Shown: in pieces, positions 1 to 10,300 of the stretch | Position numbering within the stretch: the first letter of the stretch is position 1 | Layout: each line of letters starts with the position of its first letter | Source of the DNA: a virus | Direction: 5' to 3' (one strand) | Virus record (IMG/VR): IMGVR_UViG_3300037225_001468 | Location: 1 to 64,000 of that record | Length of the DNA: 64,000 bases | Program-made: the position numbers and the translations under genes | The notes under the pieces: generated by a model | Told to the model about the DNA's origin: nothing | Seen by the model: the letters and a program-made list of their open reading frames with translations, nothing else | The model's database searches: none

Positions 1-270
1 AGTTCAAGCAGTTCTTCAAGTAGTAATACCAGTTCTTCAAGCAGTTCAAGCAGTTTAGGAACAAGTAAATCAAGTTCTTCAAGTAGTTCTAGCAATACTA
101 GTTCAAGCAGTTCTAGCAATACAAGTTCAAGCAGTTCTTCAAGTAGTAATACCAGTTCTTCAAGCAGTTCAAGCAGTTCAAGTAACTCAAGTTCTTCAAG
201 TAGCTCTTCTAGTAGTTCAAATTCAAGTATTTCACTTTCAAGTGTAAGCAGTCAATCGAGCTTAAGCTCT
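1..270 (+). repeat. Low-complexity Ser-coding tandem repeat region
   Basis: AGT/TCA/AGC/TCT codon runs; bases 1-55 are identical to 124-178. Confidence 0.9.
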
Positions 271-2292
271 GTAGAAGAAATAATGGTAGGTAATATTTCT
301 GTAGCAAATAGTCCTCTTAATGATTGGGCTTTTTTGACTTGCCCGGAGTTTCAATATAATACTATTTCTTTTCACGAGATAGACAATAATACTTATCTAT
401 ATTTTTTAAACTGGGGCATACTTATAGATACTGAAATAGATACATCAAAAAAAATAGTAGATGAATCTTTTTTAAGAGAATCTTTATATCCATATAGAGA
501 AAAATGTATAGGAATAGATCCTTTAACATATGATACTTATCCTCCTATATATAGGGCAGATAGTGTTGGAGGAGAAATTGCAGCAAATAAATCTGGGAGA
601 ATAATATGCACTGATGGAGGGGCTGTTTTTTTAGGAAAAGAGAACGAGATAATATATACTAAGAGAAGTTTATATTTTTCATATTATGATCATAAAAAGG
701 CTTGGATAGCTAAGGGATTAGAAACTCCTTCTTATGATTTTATGAAAAGCCTTACTTTCTCAATAAGTAAAGAATATCGTTTAGATCATATATTGATGTC
801 AACATATGGTGCAGATTACAGGTTAAATTTTATTGATTTAGTTCCATTGAAACATAGTAATATAAGAGATACAACATTTACTATAGATACTAGATATTCA
901 GAAGTTGGCTTGGTAGCTTTTTCTGATGCTTTAGGGTCTGATATTAGAGGATTTCCGATAAAGCCGTTATTAGAGTCTACATTTTTACAATGTGATAAAT
1001 TTCATAAATATAAACTTAAAAACAAGTATTCTTCTACGGTTTGTGATAATTTGGGAGTATTATATGTTTTTTATGAAGATCCTATACTTATTAATGGGAT
1101 AGAAGGAACTGGAACAAACGATAATTGTAATATATCATGTGCGATATCATATGATCATGGAGCTAATTGGATAGATTATAAGGGATTGATAAGATTATTA
1201 GGTAAAGAGGTAGTGTATGGGCCTCTTGCCGTATGTGATTTTAAGGGTAATAATATAATATATTTGTTTTTTATTCTAGCCAGTGAACAGGATAGTGCTT
1301 TGCTTTGTATGAAAGAAATACATATTTCAGATTTTAATACCAGAGATGCTTACATAGATTATGATCCATTATATCCTTATAGCTCTATTAATAGGTATAC
1401 TACTCAGGGAAAAAATATTAGAAATGCTGTTATGACTATAATAGATGGAGATTTTGGTCCTGATATGAGTATATATGGATATTATTATGGCTATGATAGA
1501 ACTAGAATGGGATATAGTCAAGAAGATTTCGCTAACGGTAATGTTGGAACTATACGAGAGTTAGTTCCAGGGAGAGGGGCTGTTCCGGGTCATGGAGGAT
1601 ATTCTGATAATGCTTTGGTTTTTTATAGATTGCGTTTTTCTGTTTACGAAGATAATCGAGGAGTTTTAAGATTGTTTTATGTTGAAACCTATCCCCAGTT
1701 GCTCTCTTTGTGCTCTATATCAATAAAGAGTAGTTGTGATAAAATTTTTTGGACTTCTGATGTTACGAGAGAACCTTTTGAAGGAGAGATTATTATATCT
1801 CAAATACAAGCAATATATAACAAATATACAGACGAAACAGCTATATTGTATGTTCTTACTGATATGAAAGATGTTCCTGGTGAGCAACCTAATCCTAACA
1901 GTTTTAGAGTTCCTAATCATTCTGGAAGAGTTCCTAATCATTCTGGATTATATATTCAAAAAATTAGTAATGATATATTTAATAATATATTTAATAATAT
2001 TTGGCTGTTTTTTAATTATGCTGTAAAAAGTCTTACTCTTTTTAGAATAGCAGGAGTTGATGTTACTATGGCATCATATGAATTGGCTTTTAGAAATCCA
2101 GGATTCGATCTTGGAAAAACTCTTAAATATAGTAAACCGGAGATACTTAATACTATACAGCCGGCCGGTTATTTTACTGATAGAGGTTTTTTAAAGATAT
2201 TTTTCTTTATTACAGATGAAGATAAGGAAAGGAGTGATATGTTTGAAATAACTCTTTTCTCGTCTGATTTCACTCCAAATATAGGAGACTAA
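1..2292 (+). CDS. 5'-truncated virion structural protein with poly-Ser tract and Asp-box (BNR) beta-propeller-like region
   Basis: Frame 1 is open from base 1 into the ATG at 283, so the ORF-track protein extends past the window edge. 71 of the first 90 codons are Ser. Asp-box AISYDHGANW. Confidence 0.7.
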   Translation, partial: SSSSSSSSNTSSSSSSSSLGTSKSSSSSSSSNTSSSSSSNTSSSSSSSSNTSSSSSSSSSSNSSSSSSSSSSSNSSISLSSVSSQSSLSSVEEIMVGNISVANSPLNDWAFLTCPEFQYNTISFHEIDNNTYLYFLNWGILIDTEIDTSKKIVDESFLRESLYPYREKCIGIDPLTYDTYPPIYRADSVGGEIAANKSGRIICTDGGAVFLGKENEIIYTKRSLYFSYYDHKKAWIAKGLETPSYDFMKSLTFSISKEYRLDHILMSTYGADYRLNFIDLVPLKHSNIRDTTFTIDTRYSEVGLVAFSDALGSDIRGFPIKPLLESTFLQCDKFHKYKLKNKYSSTVCDNLGVLYVFYEDPILINGIEGTGTNDNCNISCAISYDHGANWIDYKGLIRLLGKEVVYGPLAVCDFKGNNIIYLFFILASEQDSALLCMKEIHISDFNTRDAYIDYDPLYPYSSINRYTTQGKNIRNAVMTIIDGDFGPDMSIYGYYYGYDRTRMGYSQEDFANGNVGTIRELVPGRGAVPGHGGYSDNALVFYRLRFSVYEDNRGVLRLFYVETYPQLLSLCSISIKSSCDKIFWTSDVTREPFEGEIIISQIQAIYNKYTDETAILYVLTDMKDVPGEQPNPNSFRVPNHSGRVPNHSGLYIQKISNDIFNNIFNNIWLFFNYAVKSLTLFRIAGVDVTMASYELAFRNPGFDLGKTLKYSKPEILNTIQPAGYFTDRGFLKIFFFITDEDKERSDMFEITLFSSDFTPNIGD
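1906..1947 (+). repeat. Perfect 21-nt in-frame tandem duplication (RVPNHSG x2)
   Basis: agagttcctaatcattctgga at 1906-1926 and 1927-1947; a 12-nt duplication (IFNN x2) follows at 1975-1998. Confidence 0.9.
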
Positions 2293-2293
2293 A

Positions 2294-5200
2294 ATGGTAG
2301 AAACAACAACACCTGAGCCAGTTGATACTGATAGTTCTTTGACAGCAGTAGATAATGTTAGTGGTATAGTTAAAAATAAAAACACTGGACAAAATAATTA
2401 TAATTCTGGTGTGGTTTCTGCTAAATGTGTTATTAATGGTTTTTGTCCAATAAAATCTAAGTTTTTAGTTAATGAAAATCTTTTGTTTAATGCTGAAACT
2501 GTTAAATCTTTTTCTGATGGCGATATCGGAGGATTGGGGGTAATTAAGAATGTTTCAGGAATATATTTAAAAGAATATTATAATTATTTATCTACTTTTA
2601 TTGATGCTCCTTTTTCTGGCACAATTAATTCTCATTATCCCTTGCTTCCAGAAGAAGAAACTTTAGAAGATGTCTATTTTGATGAACAGACATTTATTGC
2701 TAAAACGAGTTTGTTTGGAGATCTTCCTTATAATACTTTAGAAGTAGATACGGCTCCCGGAAGAGCGGTTTGGATGTCTTATAGGGTATTAGAACCGTCT
2801 CAAAATAATTTTGTAGTTAGTGATCTTGATAGTAATGTATTACCTTCTTCTCAGAAGAGTGTGGGAGATGGTAAGGCTGTCTATTCTGGAGTTAATGCTG
2901 CCACTGTAGCTGGATCAAATAAAGGCATACATTGGGGAGCAGAAAAGAAAACATCTTTATTTCAGGGAGAAGATTTTTTTATATCATTTAGAAAACTTTC
3001 TGGTTCTGTAGATTTAACTAGCGTTGATATGGCTCCTTTTTCATATAATAGTTTACCAGATGCTTCTTTATTTCAGTCTATAGATGTTATTTATGAACCT
3101 GATACCAATAATACATTACCTGCCAATCAAGGAGTAGTTTCGTATAACAAAGTTATTAAAGATAATACCGAAGGGACACCTACATCTTCTTATGAAAAAG
3201 TTAAAGATTCAATGAAAGCTTTGAACTTAAATGATCAAGCTTATTATCTTATAGAATTTGATGTAAATGATAGCTTAGCTACTATTTTTATATTTATAAC
3301 CCAACGAGCTTATCCTACGTGTGTTTATGTTAAAGATGGAATCTCTTATAATTTAGGATCTTATAAGAATGTTAAAGGAAGCGCTTTAATACAATCTGAA
3401 AAATTTGTAGTTTCAGTAAGAAATCACTTGGGGTATTTATCTATAACTTTTAGTGGATATGATGATGATCCTTGGATAATTTCTTCTCCAACAGGAAATG
3501 CTAAAGCTGACATTAATTATTCTGGCAATAAAAAACAAACAGATGCTGTTTTGATAACGTCTTATAAATTAAGAATATGGGTTGGTAATATACCTTCTAG
3601 TTTTTGTTTTTCTCCACTGTCTTATTATGAACAAAAACAAATAATATTACCAGCTAAACCTAAAAGTCAAGTGAATAACACTCAACTGGTTGCTACCGAT
3701 ATAAACCAAAGTGGTCAGGAAACAGAACAGGACTTAAAATACGAATTACCTTATATGGGAATACAAAATTGTTATTGTTTATTATCTACAACAAGTGATG
3801 CTCTTGATGCTAATATCGTAGAGAAGAATCCACATTTAGCAAATTCTCCGTTATTTGGAAATGATCTTCAAGAAGCTTCTGAAGCAGAAATAAAATTGCC
3901 CGGCAATGAACAAATTACTCCTATTGCTCCAGGTCAGGTTTTAGCTTCTAATTCTTCTGATATTCAAAGTTCTGGTATGCTGTCTCCTATTACTTATTTT
4001 TTATCTTTGGGAAGATATATCAAAGCAGTAGCAACAGAAAACGGAGATGCCGATGATGTTGTTGATAGCGCTTTTAGTAATACTTCTACAAGGATAACAT
4101 TAATAGCTTTTAATGTTAAACCATCTAGTGATGGTCATACATTCTCTTTTAATTTATCCTGTGAATTAACTGCTGGAAGACATATATTTAAGGGGCAAAG
4201 ATTTTCAGATGGGAAAGATATAAAATTAGTTCTTAATGGATGTAAAACTCCTATACTTAACAATATAAGATTGGTAGCTATTCCTAAAACACAAACAGCA
4301 TGGCAGATTAATCCTGTAGATGTTTCTGCTTTGGTTATGAAATATAATGATACATGGAGCTCTAGTGATTTTCATTCTATAAGTCATACTGGAAATATAA
4401 CTTTTTTAATGAATAAAGGAATGAGTGGAGGTCTAGATTCTCTAGTGACTAAAATGGAAGGTCTTAAGAATAAAGCTTTTTATATAGAGTTTTGGGCAGG
4501 GTATAGTGGATGTAATTATTCTCAATTAGAACCTAAAAAGGCATATAAACTATTTACTGGTATATGTTATGGAGGAGTTTTAGACGAAGCTCCAGGACAA
4601 AGGACTATGACATGTAAAATATATGATTATACTAAGATCATGGAGGAGTCATATATATTTAATTCGCCATTTTATGATGGAATGAGAGATATGAATGTTA
4701 TTTATGATTTAACACAAATGGTTGGGTTTATGGATGCCGCCAGTCCACCAGGACCAGCATATTTGTGTAAAATACAAGCAAATAGCACTGGTAATCAATT
4801 TCAAGCTCAAACCCTAGATGGTAGGGGAAGTTTTTCTACGGTTTATGCTTTACCTAATTCTTATTCTAGATTAAAAGAGGCATATTATAAATTTCAAGAC
4901 GGAACTAGTTATTGGGAAAATATTCAAAAAATTACTAAAGTTGCTGGTAAGGTGGTTTTTTTTGATACATTTGGTATGTTTCATTATGAAAATTTACCAT
5001 ATGATAAATTTTTATTTACTAATGCTAATGAGAGCACTGTTACTTCTTTATGGAATTATACTAGATATCCTAATGGCTCTGGTCAATTAATTTTTGACGT
5101 TTTAACAAGGGAAAGAACCGTAGAAGATGTATATAATATTATACATCTTATGACAAGTACTCCAGATTATGAGTTAATAATATATGATAAAGTTAATTGG

Positions 5201-5509
5201 GAATCTCTTTATAATGTTGATTATTCTGGATTCCTTGGATATAAAAAGGTATATTTGCAACAAGATGGTATTTTTGGTAGTTTAGATACTTTGTCTAGTT
5301 TGGCTAAAAATTATTCTAAGTTCTTTATAGCTCCGGTGGTCTATAAGTTTCAGAGTTACGGTCTACCAATTAGATGTTTGGATATAGTTTCCGTTGATGG
5401 ACAAAAACTTATATTAACTAACGTTTCAACGGAAATAGACCCGTCTAAAAATCTTTGGTGGCAAAATTTAGAAGGTGAATGGTATGGATCGGAAGATGTG
5501 TTAGGATAA
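2294..5509 (+). CDS. Putative tail/baseplate hub-like structural protein
   Basis: 1071-aa ORF. The C-terminal third has hub-like patterns (LFTGICYG, CKIYDY, FFDTFGMFHY, DIVSVDG). Structural neighbourhood. Confidence 0.45.
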   Translation: MVETTTPEPVDTDSSLTAVDNVSGIVKNKNTGQNNYNSGVVSAKCVINGFCPIKSKFLVNENLLFNAETVKSFSDGDIGGLGVIKNVSGIYLKEYYNYLSTFIDAPFSGTINSHYPLLPEEETLEDVYFDEQTFIAKTSLFGDLPYNTLEVDTAPGRAVWMSYRVLEPSQNNFVVSDLDSNVLPSSQKSVGDGKAVYSGVNAATVAGSNKGIHWGAEKKTSLFQGEDFFISFRKLSGSVDLTSVDMAPFSYNSLPDASLFQSIDVIYEPDTNNTLPANQGVVSYNKVIKDNTEGTPTSSYEKVKDSMKALNLNDQAYYLIEFDVNDSLATIFIFITQRAYPTCVYVKDGISYNLGSYKNVKGSALIQSEKFVVSVRNHLGYLSITFSGYDDDPWIISSPTGNAKADINYSGNKKQTDAVLITSYKLRIWVGNIPSSFCFSPLSYYEQKQIILPAKPKSQVNNTQLVATDINQSGQETEQDLKYELPYMGIQNCYCLLSTTSDALDANIVEKNPHLANSPLFGNDLQEASEAEIKLPGNEQITPIAPGQVLASNSSDIQSSGMLSPITYFLSLGRYIKAVATENGDADDVVDSAFSNTSTRITLIAFNVKPSSDGHTFSFNLSCELTAGRHIFKGQRFSDGKDIKLVLNGCKTPILNNIRLVAIPKTQTAWQINPVDVSALVMKYNDTWSSSDFHSISHTGNITFLMNKGMSGGLDSLVTKMEGLKNKAFYIEFWAGYSGCNYSQLEPKKAYKLFTGICYGGVLDEAPGQRTMTCKIYDYTKIMEESYIFNSPFYDGMRDMNVIYDLTQMVGFMDAASPPGPAYLCKIQANSTGNQFQAQTLDGRGSFSTVYALPNSYSRLKEAYYKFQDGTSYWENIQKITKVAGKVVFFDTFGMFHYENLPYDKFLFTNANESTVTSLWNYTRYPNGSGQLIFDVLTRERTVEDVYNIIHLMTSTPDYELIIYDKVNWESLYNVDYSGFLGYKKVYLQQDGIFGSLDTLSSLAKNYSKFFIAPVVYKFQSYGLPIRCLDIVSVDGQKLILTNVSTEIDPSKNLWWQNLEGEWYGSEDVLG

Positions 5510-5530
5510 AATTTTTAAGGAGATAATAAA

Positions 5531-5749
5531 ATGGAAGAAACATCTAATTTCATGGAAAGAATTAGGTTATATGTAGATAAAAGGGTGAGAAATATTGTAG
5601 CGCAAAACCAGGATATTGATGCCGTGCAAAATACTACTATAAATGGCTATAGAAGTTTAGGAACTTTTCAATTAATGCAATATGGTGATACTTCTGTACA
5701 GCAGGGATATACTATCGGAAGTTCTTCTACTCCTATTGTTTCTAATTAA
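5531..5749 (+). CDS. Hypothetical small structural-module protein
   Basis: 72 aa, preceded by an AAGGAG Shine-Dalgarno sequence. Confidence 0.7.
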   Translation: MEETSNFMERIRLYVDKRVRNIVAQNQDIDAVQNTTINGYRSLGTFQLMQYGDTSVQQGYTIGSSSTPIVSN

Positions 5750-5762
5750 GGAAAAATGAAAA

Positions 5763-7385
5763 ATGGCAGGTTACACCTCTTACTTAAATTTAGCATTCTT
5801 TGATTTTGCTGATAGATTAGACTACGCTATTAATGTTCAAAGAGAAGTTGACCGTTTTACGGTTATTGATAAACAGCTTTATGGTTTATCTTCTGTATTT
5901 GGAAATGGAGTAATATCAGGTTGGGAAGTTTTTGATAATGGGTATAGTGAGACATCAGGTATATCTATAGGAATATCTTCTGGTCTAGGTTTAATACAAA
6001 ATATTGCTACTCAAACTTTTGCTTCTGAGTTTTTAGACTCTCTTATTCCGGAATCTATTATATATTTATATGCAAATATTATGGGATCGAGTATAACGGA
6101 TAGAAGAATTAATTTTATTTTATCTTCATCAGATACCTTAAATAGTCCATCTAACTTGTTATTGTCTAAGATAGTTACTTCTAGTAATGGTATAGTATCT
6201 ATAGATGATACGGTAAGAACTAATATAGGTTTTGAGGAATCTATTTTGACAGCAATAAATAATCATAGACACAGAGGTCTACCCTCAAAAATAGATTTAT
6301 TAACTGAAACAAAAAATTTATTATCCGGTTCTAGATTAGAAAGTTTTGATGCAAGTAAGATATCGTCTGGTATATTTAATGTTTATCAAATACCTGTTTT
6401 AGATCATAATAAATTAAATAATATTGGCTCTTTAACACATGCTCAAATAGATACTTTTGTTCAATCTTTAAGTAGTTCTAATCAGGGATTGTTCGGAGAG
6501 ATATCTGTTATAGATCAATTGCATCAAATCATGTTTCTAAAAGCAAAATACCCTACGGTTGATAAGTATTTTGATAATGAAATATCTATTATACCAGGTA
6601 TATCAAGTGATAGTCAAATAGATTTTTATAATAGTGCAGTTTTTATAGACAAGGGGGCTCGTAGTATAATAGGATTGCCAGTTAGCACTAATAATACATA
6701 TTTTTTTACTAGTAATTTTTCTTTGTCATCACCTATAAAAAAAATGATTTTAACTAGTCATAAGTCTATTCCGGTTAACTCTCAAATAATATTTGGGATT
6801 AATACTACTAACTCTGTAATATTTTCAGATTATCAGGTTATTGAAGAGGATAAGTTGCAGGATATTGTGGCTTTTGGAGATAATTTAAGAATAGGAATAA
6901 AATTTGTATATACTGGGGGGATTGATGTCTCTGATCCATATAATTTTACCTTTAAAGATTTTGTGGATTTTGGTTTTGTAAATTCCTCATTGTCTCCTTT
7001 ACATTTTCATTTCAGAATAAGATGGTATACGGATATGGCTATGAGTCATCTCTTTTATACTGCTTTTAGTTCTAATGATAAGCAGGAAGGCTGGTTGGTT
7101 AATGATACTCTTTCTGTTCCTCCAGAGGGATACCTAATAGAACCAGATGGTTCTATTGTTGTGACATATTTTCCTGATTTAAGTTTATTTCATCCATTTG
7201 TAGTGTATTACTTAAATATTGACGCCTGGGATGGAACTTCATTCTCTTCTGAAACGGTTGGATATACATTTATTACAGAAAGAGGAAGTTCTATATGTGA
7301 TCAGTATGGATATTTGCCTCAAGTTAAAAATTTTGCATGTATGTTTTCTTTAGAAAATGATGAAAAAGTTAAATTAAATTTGTGA
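5763..7385 (+). CDS. Putative tail fibre/baseplate protein (paralog of 7393-12975)
   Basis: N-terminal IDKQL...GNGVISGWEV, HRH and THAQID motifs are shared with the next ORF. Confidence 0.55.
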   Translation: MAGYTSYLNLAFFDFADRLDYAINVQREVDRFTVIDKQLYGLSSVFGNGVISGWEVFDNGYSETSGISIGISSGLGLIQNIATQTFASEFLDSLIPESIIYLYANIMGSSITDRRINFILSSSDTLNSPSNLLLSKIVTSSNGIVSIDDTVRTNIGFEESILTAINNHRHRGLPSKIDLLTETKNLLSGSRLESFDASKISSGIFNVYQIPVLDHNKLNNIGSLTHAQIDTFVQSLSSSNQGLFGEISVIDQLHQIMFLKAKYPTVDKYFDNEISIIPGISSDSQIDFYNSAVFIDKGARSIIGLPVSTNNTYFFTSNFSLSSPIKKMILTSHKSIPVNSQIIFGINTTNSVIFSDYQVIEEDKLQDIVAFGDNLRIGIKFVYTGGIDVSDPYNFTFKDFVDFGFVNSSLSPLHFHFRIRWYTDMAMSHLFYTAFSSNDKQEGWLVNDTLSVPPEGYLIEPDGSIVVTYFPDLSLFHPFVVYYLNIDAWDGTSFSSETVGYTFITERGSSICDQYGYLPQVKNFACMFSLENDEKVKLNL

Positions 7386-7392
7386 GATAATA

Positions 7393-10300
7393 ATGCCTAT
7401 TTTTACTAAAAACTATGGATTAACAGCATTTACAAATGGAGACGCTTACTCTGCGTCTTCTGACAGAAACAGAATGAGCATAATAGACAATCAATTGGCT
7501 TTTATCTCTGACATTGTAGGATATGGGGTTATTGATGGGTGGAATGTTATTGATGAATCAGGTTCTATTTCTGGTAATATATTATATTCTAATAGTGAAC
7601 ATATTATAAGAGTTTTACCAGGGTCGGGAATAATTAATAGATTTTATACTAGAACTTTCGGAGAACTAAATGCTACTATAAAAGATGGAGATACTGCATA
7701 TGTTTATATGCAAAAAAAAGATAATTATAATGCTTCTTTTAGTTGTTTTTCTGATATAAAAAGTATTATTTGTAGTAATATTTTGCCTCCATCTATTCCT
7801 TCAGGATTTTCCTGTAATGGATCTACTGAAAATTCTATTAAACTTGTTTGGAATAAAAATTCAGAAGTAGATTTTTCTTATTATCTACTAAAAAGAAGTG
7901 TTGATAATATTTCATTTGTTGATATTGCTTCACAAATAGACAGTTCATATGAAGATATTGGATTATCTCAAAACACTATTTATTATTATAAATTATATGC
8001 TGTAGATTATAGTGGGAATATTAGTTTGTCTACAACAACTCTTAGTATTTCAACTTCTTTAGATTTAATCAAACCAGAAAATCCTAATATAATATCTTCT
8101 TTTGCTGGAAATAATTTTGTTCAATTTTTATGGCAACAACCCCCTAAAGGTAATGTTGATCATTATCAGATAGACGTATATGAAATGAATGATCAAAAGC
8201 AACCTATTTTTTTATTGAACACTTTTAATACAATAGACTTACAATTTATAATTAAAAATCTTATTAATGGAAAATTGTATAGATTTATTATTTATTCTGT
8301 TAGTATAAATGGGATTTTATCAGAAGGTGATATAATTAACCTTTCACCACAAACAATATTAGGACCTGCTGAAATAGAGAATTTAATTGTTTCTGAATCC
8401 TTAAGTCTAACTAGTCTTAATAATATAGATTTAACGATAGGATGGGATCCTGGAATTGATCCTTATTTATCTTTAGCGGAAAAATTTGCTATAACTATAA
8501 TAGAAAATGGTAATATAGTTTCTGATATAATATATGTTTATAATGATTTTTCTAGTATTTTTAGTAAGGTAATTAGCACATATAAATATAATGGTCTTGT
8601 TCGAGCAATACTTCCTAAAACTTATTATATAATAAAGGTTCAAGCAGTAGATGCTAATGGTAATTTTAATAAAGGTATCGTAAATAGTATAACTACTTTA
8701 AATTATGTATCTCCATCGGCTCCTTCTAACATTATAGCAACACTTAAAGAGAATAATAAGCTTTTATTTACTTGGAAAAATAGTATAAACTTATTTGATC
8801 ATAATTTATTAACTATAAAAAAAATAAATAAAACAACTTTAGTAGAAATTGTATTAGTAAATAATGAAAATTTTGGGCAAAAAAATTCCTATTTAACTAA
8901 TGATATTATTGATATGAATAGCACTTATACTGTTGAGTTACAATCAGTTGATGAATATGGAAATAAAAGTGATATTGTTTCTTATTCTTTTGATACACTA
9001 CCGTTAGATGGGACCTTACCAGAAGTTCCAAAAAATCAATTCGCTTTTAGTGGAGATAAAAAAGTATTTTTATCTTGGGACACATTTGAATTGCCGTTGG
9101 CTAAATATTATAAAATATGGAGAGCATTATATGGAACTAGTTTGGAAATTAGTGATTTTTCTTTAATAGAAACGTTGCCGTCAACACAATCTTCATATGT
9201 TGATTATTCTGTTGTAAATGGTAATAGGTATTATTATTTTGTTACTACTGTAGATGAATATGGGAGAGAATGTTTAAATCCAGTTGATGATGGATTTATT
9301 TTATATTCTTTGATATTGGCATATCCTCATAAAGATATAACATTTGAAGATATTGAAAATGTTTCTCTTACTCCATCTGGAGATCCAAATGGAAATGATG
9401 TTTTGATATCTTGGACAGTTGATACTCTAAAATATGATGGATATGATGGTTTTGAGATTTATAGATCTATTGGTAATAAATATTCTTGGGAAAAAATAGG
9501 ACATACCGATAGGGATGTATCTAACTTTATAGATAGATCTATTCTTTTGATAAATAATACAACTTATTATTATATGGTTAGAAAATATAGAGATGAAGCA
9601 AGATTATCTTTATCTATTAATAGTGATTTATTTCCAATAGATTCTGTTCTTTTGGCTAAAATAATAGCTATTCCAAGTGGATTAATAATTACAGATTTAA
9701 GAGTTTCATTAAAAAACATTGGGTCTGTAGCAAATTCTTATTTAAACGAAAAAGTTAATAGTCATAATCATTTAAATACCTCTTTAGTAGATAAAAGGAT
9801 TAATTTAGAAGATAATATATATATTACCAATTGGTCTTCTGTTGATAATTTAACTTTTACAACAACAGATGTTTTTTCTGGTGCTTTATTGTATGTTGTA
9901 AGAATAAATGGAGAACTTTCTAATATATTTTACGAAATAGATTATGTAAATAAGAAAATAATATTTTCTTCTCCAGTTATAGATTCAAATATATCTCTGG
10001 AGTGCATTGGTTTATCGGAAATACAAAACTTATTGTCATCAGAAAAATTACAAGAGATAGCAGCCTCTTTATGTGACACTGGAAAATTAAACAAAAAAAC
10101 TATCCCTAAAATATCTCATAGTGGAAGAATATCTGAAGATATTATTCCTCTTCAACTATTATTGATGACTGAAGATGGATATAATTTTGATATATATCAA
10201 AATATTAAAAGTGGAACTTCTGAAAAGATAGGAACGGCTACAACTTTTTATGATATTTTAAATATAACAGGGAATACTTTTGCGGCTGTTACTAGTGTTG

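Noticed and set aside
1-270. CRISPR array
   Set aside because: Repeats are degenerate Ser codons in an open frame, with no constant repeat/unique spacer structure.
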